A stretch of DNA of 64,000 nucleotides from Lama guanicoe (lineage: Eukaryota). The notes under the pieces were generated by a model. It was not told where the DNA came from and searched no databases. It saw only the letters and a program-made list of their open reading frames with translations. Position 1 is the first letter of the stretch. Each line of letters opens with the position of its first letter. Positions 54,066 to 64,000 of this stretch are shown here, piece by piece. Location of the stretch: assembly GCA_013239625.1 (NCBI GenBank), contig MU054391.1:6283824-6347823 (forward strand), given 5' to 3'. A program made the translations under genes and the position numbers.

Positions 54066-54239
54066 TTTTTCACGAAGTTCCTGTTGCTCTAAGAGTCTTA
54101 GCTTCTTCTTCCTTTTTTCACTAATTTTGGAAACAAGTGGATTCAAAAGCCTAAATTCTTCACTCTCTTCATCTACTTGGAAGTCAGGGTTCTCGAACAT
54201 AACTTTAAATCGATCATCAGAGAGAATATTAGGAAGGCT
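54066..54239 (-). CDS. NOL10: NOL10 coding exon (174 nt), SLPNILSDDRFKVMFENPDFQVDEESEEFRLLNPLVSKISEKRKKKLRLLEQQELREK (NUC153-like DDRF..MF.NPDFQVD motif)
   Basis: ttgtcttacag|AGCCTTCCT...CGTGAAAAA|gtaat; peptide lies within ORF 54003..54341. Confidence 0.97.
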
Positions 54240-54844
54240 CTGTAAGACAAAGAATGCAAAATTTAAAGTTAATATCAATAAAATCTGACCAGAAAGATGG
54301 CTTAAAAACAGTTCATTCAATAATAAGTTAAGAAGCTGCATAAGGCATAATTTACATAAATTATTACAAAATTTTTTAGAACCAGTTTCCAGAACTTTCT
54401 AATTCCTTATCTCTTACCCACAAACAAATTCTATTAATCTATTTCACGGAAAATACGTATTACTTGGCCATTACACATAATGAACTAAGAATGAGTCTTT
54501 TGGGCTAACTTTAAGCCTAATAGAGTAGAAAGAATTTTCTTCAATTAAAATTTTTTGATGCAAAACATTTTTCAAGGAAAGTTATGTGTTTGAAACATGG
54601 CTTTTTAAACATAGCTATTGTACTGAACGAAAATTACTGAATCTTTTGACTGCATATTCGAAAACTGGGAGAGGAACTACACATTGATAGTAAGTCAAGA
54701 ATTAACACGGTGGGGAGCTGGTGGTGTAAGTTTACTGCCTCCAATTGAGTTATTTGGAAACATAAGGGATATTTCCTTCCCTTATTGGATAGCCTCATCC
54801 ATTTTTTTTCTCTCTAGGCCATTTAATTTTGGGTGATTAGGATG

Positions 54845-55018
54845 TGCTAATGTAGGTTTACCGATTGTAACAAATGTCCCCTCTGCTAGGGGAATATTCA
54901 GTAGTGGGGGGAGATTACGCAGGTGTGGGGACAGAGGGTATATGGGAAATCTCTTACCTTCCCCTCAATTTTGCTATGAACCTAAAACTATTCTAAAAAA
55001 TTTAAGTCTTAAAAAAAA
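54845..55018 (+). mobile_element. L1MC-type 3' tip
   Basis: gattgtaacaaatgt...gggtatatgggaaatctc...ttttgctatgaacctaaaact followed by an A tail. Confidence 0.7.
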
Positions 55019-58000
55019 TCCAGTGATTGAGAAAAGTTAACAGGAAAAAAAAAGAAGTTATGTTCCGTTTAAGACTGGTTAGGTCTATGGCACAAGGAGA
55101 CTGACATCAGGATTCTGACGGACACCATTAGGTGCCTGCAACGAGACACCGGGTCTCAGGAGAGAAGGCAGGGGCTACAATGGATAAATTCTGGAGTTAT
55201 CTGTAAGTACAGGATAGGTGATATTGCTGAAGACCCAAATATTTTCAAATGAACAGCTATTAGAATCTAGGTTAAAAGAAATACATATACAAAACCCAAG
55301 GGAAATCTTTTCTTTTTCATCTTACTGTACTTATTAAATAACCATATTTAATAAACAACAGAGAAACATGTTAAGAAAGAATATGTTGCTAGTATTTTTT
55401 CCCCCCTTAATTTAAAACAAATAAATTGCACTGCCTAAAGACAAGTATGCCTTGGATGAACAAATATAAAATAAAAACTTCTAACCTAGCTGTAAAAATA
55501 TTTCCCCCAGAGATTTTTCCTAGTCTGTTTGTTTTCACAGCTGTCTTTAAAAAAAAAAAAGCAGGATGAGATGTAAGTAGCAATGTTCTACAGCAGTTTA
55601 CAAGTGTCTGGTTCGTCACCTGCCCTGTACATACACATGTACAGATGCTAAACACTTGCCATTAAAATTTGGAAAACATCTTAAAAGTATTGCTCATACC
55701 ACAGCCCTGCTTCAAAGAAGTATATTATGATACCTATGAAATTAAGGCAATGCAGACTTCTGAGTAAAGATGGTGGTCTGAACACAAGCATCTCCTTCTA
55801 ATCTCCACTAAAACCCCATGAAAACAATAGAAAGGGGACTTAAAAAAAGACAACACAAACCCTTAAGGATGAGAAGGATATGAAACGGACCCACCCACTT
55901 GAACCGCAGGCTTCTCTGGAGGGGAGGAGGTGGCCAGTGGGGGCCGCAAGGCAAGAAGGGAAGCATCCAGACACGAGGGGCTGAGATGCCACCTCACCCC
56001 ACACCCTAAGCCCTCCTGATGATAGTTCTCAGCCCTCAGAACCCTGGCAGCCAAGCCGTCACTCTCGAAGCAGGAGGATCTGGCCAGGCAAGAGAAAAAC
56101 TGAAGAGATCCTGCCATTTGGCACCTCCCCAGGTAAACAGCTCGGCCAGGTCGGCACACAGGGACTGATGAGCCCTGTCTCCACCTCAGAGCTTCCACTC
56201 AAGATTATGACTATGGATCATAGCAGCGAAAAACTACTTAAAACATTTTTTTTCCCCCAAGAAAATGTCCCAGCACTGAAGAACCGAAGTCCCTGGAGCG
56301 AAAGGGCCTGCCGGGAGGCCAGCACTGCGGGCCGGGTCTCTGGATGGAAGACGGCCCCCAGCATGGCACAGAGCCAGCGCCGGGGACTTCCTCAGACTCT
56401 TCCTCCTTCTGGCCTGACTCGTGTATCCTGGAGGAGAAAATCCTAAGGAACTTCCTGAGGAAAAGTAGCATGTCGGGGTAATGTGTTGCTGCGGCTGCTG
56501 AGAACGTGCGTGCTTGCAAATCTCTTCACTATACCCTACAATGAATGCTTGTCTGGGCTGGAAACAATATTCCTTCAGAAAACTGAAAGTCCTTTATAAT
56601 CTGTGTCTCACATGGGCGTGAGGTGGAGTGAATTGCCAGGATGCTGGCTGAGAACCAGGATTTGAAGATGACGGTTCTGGAATGGAGCTGGCAGGAAGAT
56701 GTCAAAGAGACTTCTTGAAGAAAGTAAAATTAATCTGACAACTGATCTTCATATAACTATCCTGAGATGAGATTTAGACAACTGGTAAAGAATTGAGAGT
56801 TAACTAGTGATAATTACACAGAAAGCTAACAAAAAGTCAACTACTCAGTGCAGGAAGACTAAGGCTGCGCAGGAAATATGACTCCAACTCAGGTGGTGAG
56901 GAGTATTTGCATACTTGTAACCAAATAAATGCTGAATACTGCCTTACCCAAAATCACAAGATAATTTTACTAGAAGGGAAGGTTATCGAAAAGCAGTGCC
57001 TAACATTTAAAAAGTCAAAAAGCACCATTATGGGCAATAGTAAGAGACAAGAGTTCTACACCAAAATAATCAGCTGGAAAGGCAAAAGTGTCAGGAGATG
57101 TGAAAATAGGAGATGGAGGAGAGGAGGTTACAGAGAAGGACAGAGGGATAGCTGACAAACAAAAACATTATCTTTAATTGGTACTAAAAGGCCTTAAAAA
57201 TAATATTTTGGATGTTAAAACCGATCTAATCTGACCCAGCATCTGTGCATGATTACACGTTTCCCTAGCGAGATGAATAATGACTTCTATACAAACTGCT
57301 CATGGTACAGAATAATCCCTGAGGCTGTTAAGACATCTATCCAGGGTCCCCAGGCCACAGAACCCACTCGGCCTGCAGATGGGACATGACAATGCCTGGC
57401 TCAGCTGCTGCAGAATCCCAGGAAAGTCCGTTCATAAAAGACTTCAAAGCAACAGTGAAAATTTGGTAGAAAAGGCCAACAGGCAAGAAATGGCACTTGT
57501 AAAAAGAAGTGGTTCAAACCACTACTCGGACCCTTACAAGTCAAATGGGTCACCATTTGCATGCCTCTGCTTCTGCACCCTGAGAGCTCAATACGTATTT
57601 GCTGAGAGAGTAAGTGAATCAATTAGAATTATTATCACCAAATGTCTAAGTTTGGATATGGTCCAGATACTGCTTCTTGACATTACACAGTGAGTCATTT
57701 GCCACTGTAGGTCCAACATCATCAATTCAATGGTAAACATCTTATTAGAATCTAATTCTGTTGTCAGTGGTAGCAATATCTGGGAACATATTTCACTGTC
57801 TGCCTCCATGAAATTTCATTTGGAGCCAAAGTAGATCATAACTGCACCATAGAGACTTTCAAATCAGGAGTTATCAGAGCTATTAAAGCTCTCGAGGGTT
57901 TGAAGAGCTGAGTTCAAAGGCAAGACTAATGAACTGCTGATGGATTTAACAATTCTTTCAAGTATTCTTTACAATTATAATGAAGGATTCTTTCCTTAAT

Positions 58001-60149
58001 TCATGAATGGTTTTTAAGGTCATTTTAATTAGATAAAACTGTTAAACAACAAATCATACAAACTGTCTAGTAACAGCATCAGATTTTTTGATGACTATAT
58101 TTAAGTATTTCTGGAAAGAAACTGAGCTCTGATAAAGGGGTCTGATTTGGGTCATCAAGCCTCTAAAAAGCAAACCAGGAGCACGTTTTATAAACATGAC
58201 TTTCTAGCAGGATTCTATAGTTTACACAGCCACAAACACCATGCTTCCAGCTTCCAACAGCTGAGGGGAAACGACTGCTGGACAGGGGGAGATGAGGGTT
58301 TCTAGGGCTCCTCCTTCTTGCACTTGCAGCAGAAGCAGTGCACGTCTGACGGTTCCTTACCGGATGACCCTATTAATGTTCTGACCAAAACTGTTTAAAA
58401 GGCATAGACAACCATGATTTTCCCTTTGACTCTGCAGATCACTGAGCACGGTTTCAGCTCTCGTGGTTGTTTTCACCATCCTGCACCACCGTGCAGCACG
58501 GACAGCCAGTGGTCTACATCTCTGGCCACCCTTAACCTCAACAGAAGTCTGTGAAACAAAGGGGGGATGGTGAGGAAAGGGGGCTTTCCCCACATCTTCA
58601 TAATCATGTAAGATCTTTTAAAAAGGCTCCTGAAGTGTGTATACCATGCAGCACACACAATCAAAATTAAATTTTAATTTAAGTGTCCTACTCTCTGTAA
58701 TATTAAATGTAATAAAGACTCATAAGCATAAAACACAGACAGGCCTGAGTACATTTGCAGCCTAAATCAGCTCCTCTCTCTTCCTCCTGAAGCTGGAAGG
58801 CATGATCCAAAGATCACTTTCATTACACTTGCAGAATGACATTACGAAGCTGAAAGGTTACCTCCCTAATCCTCCTCAGGCTAGGCTAACGAGAAAATTA
58901 ATGTGAATACTCTGAGGAGAAACTCACGGTACCTGGAAGCACTTACATTTTAAACATTTTAAGGAAAAAAAAATATATATACATTTAGTATATACATAAA
59001 CACATTGATGTAAATTAGAAGGTGCACAGCCATAGCACATAGATATGTAAATTTATATAACAGGCTTAAGTAATTGTCTCAATACTGTCATACTATTCAT
59101 GTAATGAAAATGGAAACATAAAAGCCATCTATATATTTATTCGTGTATTTACATAAGGAAGGCTTCTACAAGAGTTAAACAATACATTAAGAAGACATAA
59201 CAGAGCATGATAAGAAGATTGCAAAAGGCTGAGGAAGCAGAGGATGACACAGGGAGCAGGAAGTGTGAACCCACTGAGAAAGCTCAGCACCAAGAATGCC
59301 TCTCCCTGCTCCTATCCTGGCATCTTAACAGACGAAAACGCTATGACCCAGTGAAGCTGAGGGTTGCCCACGATGACATAACGAGTTAGTAAGGGGGCCA
59401 GACACAAGACCCTTCAGCTGCAGTCCCCTGCCGTGGTAGGGGAGACTGGTACAAAAATAAACACACGAAGAGCTCACTTATCTCCCATTCACTTACCTGG
59501 GTAAAAACTAGAGAGAGAACAGAGAAAGCCTAAGCAAGCACACAAAGCCTCCCGGGAGCACCACACCGCTGGCCCAGGTACCAGGTTGGGCCATGTACCC
59601 GGGCAGGTCCGGCAGGCTCTCAGGAGAGAGCTGATCTCTGCAGCTCAATCCAGAGAGGAGCCCAGCCTGGCCATCTGTCTGCCTGATCCAAGCAGCACTG
59701 GGGAGGAATGAGGAAGCCCTCACGTATTTGGGAAAATTAGAAAAATATCCTCCTGTCTTGACAACATCAGCGTCACCTTTATGGAGGTTATGACCAATCC
59801 TGGTCTATTTCACAGCAGTAAAGGAGGGCAGACAGTGGTTATTTGTAAGAGTGCACATTCCCGATCGTCCCAGGTCTAAACGAAAACTAGTCACTTCCAA
59901 AGTTATAAACAAACTACTTTGACAATAAGTAATAAGCAATCTAAATATTTAACAGAAAAAAAACAATTTAAAATACATCCACAAGACAGAATATGAAGCT
60001 CTCAAAAATATTTATAAGAATTTTTAATAAAATGGGAAGCCACTTGTGTTATTTTATAGAACTAGGATAAATACTTTACATATACAATATGATACAATAG
60101 TATCCTGCTATCAGAGTTTATAATTTTAAGAGAAATAAGGCAGGAAGGA

Positions 60150-60282
60150 TGGGAAGGAATCTGAGAAAGAAAAAAATTACACATACACATATATATCTGA
60201 ATCACTCTGCTGTACACCAGAAAATAACACAACATTGTAAATCAACTATACTTTAATAAAAATAAATGAATAAAAACAAACC
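60150..60282 (+). mobile_element. Extremely 5'-truncated L1 3' tip with imperfect TSD
   Basis: ctgaatcactctgctgtacaccagaaaataacacaacattgtaaatcaactatac matches 25939-25992; flanks agaaataaggcaggaagga / agaaaaagacaggaagga. Confidence 0.75.
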
Positions 60283-60540
60283 AGAAAAAGACAGGAAGGA
60301 AATTCACTAACATATTAATGATGCCTTTCCCTGGCAGAATTGTATGAGTGACTATATTCTTTTTTATTTTACAAACTTCCCATACTGAGCATATACTATC
60401 TTACAAGCAAGAAAAAAAAAGAGAAAGAAAGAAAGAAAGAAAACTAAATGCATTTTAAACTGAAAAGAAAAAAGATACAAGTTATTATCCAAAAAATATG
60501 AAGAAACGATCAACATTTTCTCTGGCTTATAAAATCTTAC

Positions 60541-60630
60541 CTTAATTTTCTTTTTCCATGTAGATTTTTGCTTCTCCTCCTCTTCCTCAATTAATTTAAG
60601 TGCCAGCTCTTTGTTCACTTTTGGCAATTT
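60541..60630 (-). CDS. NOL10: NOL10 coding exon (90 nt), KLPKVNKELALKLIEEEEEKQKSTWKKKIK
   Basis: Poly-T tract then tctctactag|AAATTGCCA...AAAATTAAG|gtaaga; overlaps ORF 60364..60627. Confidence 0.97.
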
Positions 60631-61651
60631 CTAGTAGAGAAAAAAAAAAAGCTGTACTGAAACACCTGTAATTCAACTTTAAAGGTTAAAGTGAAGAGCA
60701 GGAACAAAAGTCCTCCAAGTCCCAGTCTACCCTGGCCAACACATACACATTCACCACTTTTAAAAACTTAACAAATAATCTGGAAAAAGGAAAAACCTCT
60801 CACTAGTCTCTTGTACTGAAAGCATGAGTGTGTGTGTATGTGTTTTAACCAATGCTCAGTTAGAAATGACTGTATTTCTTGGTAGTTAATCTTAATCAAG
60901 ACTGGAAGCGGGAGAAGGAGATGGGTCTGCCCTTTCCTGTCGGCGTGCTGCTGGGCTGATGTCCCACGTCAACAGTTCTCTGCCTCGGTGACAACAGGTG
61001 GCCCCAGCAGAGGGGGAGCCCAGTCTGAGGTTTCCCACTTGCCCAGGAACAGCCTCCTTCCACCTGGAGGACCCCACTGCCAGCTGTTCGTCCTCCTCAG
61101 AGTCTAGACTCTGCTCAGCAGGCTGCCTCCTTCCGGCTGCCCCGGCCGCTGCCTCTCTTATCAATACCTCAGTGTCTCCGCCCTTTCAGTCTCTAATACC
61201 TGGCAACAACTCTTTACATTAAATTCCTCTATTAATAGAACTAGTGTGGTCTGACTCTTGTCTGGACCCTGACATAGTCTAATGACCTCTTCCCATGATC
61301 CAAGCAGCTAGCCTAAGATGTGAGCAAGTATCAGTAAGAAATGGGATTAGCAGAGCCACAAAACTCCAAAATCTAAACTTATTTGAAAACAGCATCAGAT
61401 TTTCTTTGTAGAGCTGACTGTATCAGTTCACCTGGTATTATTTTCGACAATGACATTAGCACAGAGTCCACAATGATACAACTGTAGAGTATCCACCTTC
61501 ACAACAAAATAAAATATCAAAAGTATTAATAAAAGATGTAAACTAAGGATGGAGAAACTAAGAAATGGACGGCAGCTTTCTTTGAATAATAAACAAAATG
61601 AAAACAAAGTGCTCTCTTCTCTAGTAAATTCGACGATGAGTCAAGATTTAC

Positions 61652-61750
61652 CTTTAATTGGACTCTCTGTGCACGTGTTTCTTCTATCTTCTGTCGAATC
61701 TTATCTTTCCTATATTCTTCATAAGCAAATGGATTTACCATCAATTTCAC
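61652..61750 (-). CDS. NOL10: NOL10 coding exon (99 nt), VKLMVNPFAYEEYRKDKIRQKIEETRAQRVQLK
   Basis: ttgtaaag|GTGAAATTG...CAATTAAAG|gtaaat; phase 0/0; peptide lies within ORF 61526..61816. Confidence 0.97.
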
Positions 61751-61950
61751 CTTTACAAAGTGAAAAAAATTAAAAATAAGGGAATTGTATTTAGCAGCAT
61801 GTTTCATATACACCATGAATATTAAGCCAAAGAATAGACAGATTTCTTATTACAAATCTTAGGTATGTTTTACTGAAATGCAAGCAAGTAGAAAAGAAAT
61901 GGCTATAGACTGCTCCTGAGTCACCTAAACGACTGCAGTTCTGTATTTAC

Positions 61951-62030
61951 CTTGTGATAGAGTCTTATGTCCATGAAAAATCCATGCATATATGCCCGGA
62001 GAAAAGGTGATCCGATGAGATGTGTGAGCC
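61951..62030 (-). CDS. NOL10: NOL10 coding exon (80 nt), (G)LTHLIGSPFLRAYMHGFFMDIRLYHK; upstream exons lie outside the window
   Basis: Minus strand reads ...cttttcccag|GGCTCACACATC...TATCACAAG|gtaaatac. Manual translation matches the recalled NOL10 sequence. Not in the ORF track. Confidence 0.95.
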
Positions 62031-63054
62031 CTGGGAAAAGTTAATCAGGAGAGGGCAGGCCCTTGTGAAATCTTGATTAAAATTCAACAATTTTTCATGG
62101 ACAAATTGACTATAATTTCACTTCTGAGTAAAAATTTAAGGATTAGAATTATTAATCTTCATAACTGTGAAGAAAATTTTAACCTACTTCAGCAATATCA
62201 TCTTTACTTATTTTTAATATCAACACTAAGCATAAAAATAATGGAAGTGTCTTTATGAACTATGACAGACTGGTTAAAAAAAAGGTGGGGAGCTCCCTAT
62301 ACCAGTGGTTCTCAAGATTTTTGGATTCCACAAACCAGTTCAATTTTAAAAATAATACTGGATCAACGCTGAGTTGTCAACTTTCATACTGCCAAGGAGG
62401 AACAGTGATGGCAGTGAGGGAAGACCACTGTGATCACCCATAATTTCCAGAACCAAAGAACACTGTCACAACAACGGTGTAGAAAGAGCATGTTTTTTCT
62501 CAAGAAAGAACAGTTAGCAAGTCTGTATCAAAATAAATACTATATACACACATACTTCATTGTGGATGAATGAAAAATTCACTGCTAATCAGCGTTTGGG
62601 AACCAGGTTTTAAACAATACCTTTCATAGGGTGTCCAAGATTTAGCAGATTTCATTCACAATTAGTGGTGGTCATATCACATAAGAGAGCTCTGCTTATG
62701 TCAGAAAGTATAAATTGCAAATATTTACAAAGAGAAAGGTTATAAGAATATTCAACTTCAAAATAAGACCACCTGTGATATACTCACATGAACAGCAGCT
62801 TTAGTTGGTATAACACTAAGTGACTATGTTTCCAAGGAAAAAATTACCCTGTGATTCCCAAATTTTTTAAATAAACATCCCTCCAGACCTAAAAATCATG
62901 TACTAGGCAAAAATCACAAAGATGCACAGAACAGTATACATTATAGAACAATATCAAAAGGCAAAAATTACGATAATCTCAAAAAGTAATTACAAGACTT
63001 GGTCAGAAAAATATTTTCTTAGAATTTGTTAGGTTAATAAAAGTACAGGGTTTT

Positions 63055-63212
63055 GGGGAAGGGTATAGCTCAAGTGGTAGAGTGCATGCTCAGCATGCAC
63101 AAGATCCTGGGTTCAATCCCCAGTACTTCCTCTAAAAATCAATAAATAAATAAACCTAATTACTCCCCCCTCCCCAAAAAATAAAAAAAATTTTAAGAGA
63201 AAAATTAATAAG
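63055..63212 (+). mobile_element. tRNA-derived SINE (camelid Vic-1-like), long form, with TSD
   Basis: ggggaagggtatagctcaagtggtagagtgcatgctcagcatgcac...gggttcaatccccagtac; TSD taaaagtacagggttt (63038-63053) / taaaactacagggttt (63213-63228). Confidence 0.92.
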
Positions 63213-63704
63213 TAAAACTACAGGGTTTGGATTTTCAAAGTAGAAACTTAAAGCCGGGGTTGGGAGGTGGGGGCGGGGGAGCTGAACCTTAACGAAATGT
63301 CCAAATGCACAGCGATCTGCGTTTAGGTGCCTGCACAGGTATTTATAATTTGTGTTTCCTCTATCAAGTATATAAAACTTATTTTCATGGCCCAGAATTA
63401 TTCCAAGTTAGGTCATAAATAAAAACCAGCAGATTTTCACGTTAAAACAATTTTAAACAGAGAATCTGACAGGTAGCTTTTCTCATCATTGGCTGCACAG
63501 AACACTAAGACATCTTTGAGGAGGCAGAGGCTCTATGATCAATTAAGTCTGGGAAACGTTTCATACTTTCCTCCCCTCCCAGAGGTTTATAGTATCGGGT
63601 GACAGTGAAGGCTCAAAGAAGTCCGTAAGAAACTGATTTAACTTTGCTTAACATAGCATTTCTCAAACTTATTTGCCACAAATCTCTTAAAATAATAGGT
63701 AACA

Positions 63705-63930
63705 TCCATGTATTACGTGTAGGTACTGTGCTGAGTACTTCTCAGGCATTATCTGATTCATTCTCCAGGCAACCCTATGGGTAAGAACTATTATTATTGC
63801 CATTTTATATATGAGGAAACCAAGGCATAATGAGCTTAAGAAACCTGGCCAAGGCATACAGATACAGTGGGAGAGGACGGATGCGAACCCAGGTCAGCCT
63901 CTCTCTGACACCCATGACATCAGCCACGGT
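63705..63930 (-). mobile_element. MIR SINE
   Basis: Reverse MIR core: attattgccattttatatatgaggaaaccaaggcataatgagcttaagaaacctggccaagg. Confidence 0.8.
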
Positions 63931-64000
63931 GCTACCCATCCAGCACTTCTTACAGAAGCAGCAGTCCACGAAACCATGCTATAGGGTCTGCTAAAGGGCA

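Noticed and set aside
57580..58030. Coding-looking AT-rich stretch in a NOL10 intron (73-aa ORF 57588..57809)
   Set aside because: Not needed for the NOL10 frame and I could not match it to any protein or repeat; left unassigned.
63055..63135. tRNA-like sequence with A and B boxes
   Set aside because: The A-rich tail, TSD and multiple diverged copies show it is a SINE, not a tRNA gene.
1..64000. A novel multi-gene biological system
   Set aside because: Only one protein-coding gene (the 3' part of NOL10) is supported; the remainder is intergenic or intronic DNA and transposon remnants.

Overview
Mammalian genomic DNA, most likely camelid, judging from its tRNA-derived SINEs; there are no prokaryotic features. 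The right part (about 38.7-62.0 kb) holds the last seven coding exons and the 3'UTR of NOL10 (nucleolar protein 10) on the minus strand. All seven have canonical GT-AG borders, the reading frame runs continuously across them, and the stop codon is at 39361. The left ~38 kb is GC-rich intergenic DNA dense in transposon remnants (ERVL/MaLR/ERV1 LTRs, L1, L2, MIR, hAT elements). Almost all ORFs in the supplied track are spurious. I see no well-supported new biological system. The most unusual items are a TSD-flanked chimeric retro-insertion (an L1 3' segment fused to an unrelated polyadenylated sequence) nested in an LTR inside a decayed hAT/Charlie transposase, and an intron-exon inverted repeat enclosing the 3' splice site of an 80-nt NOL10 exon. 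Repeat family names come from my recall of consensus sequences and their boundaries are approximate.
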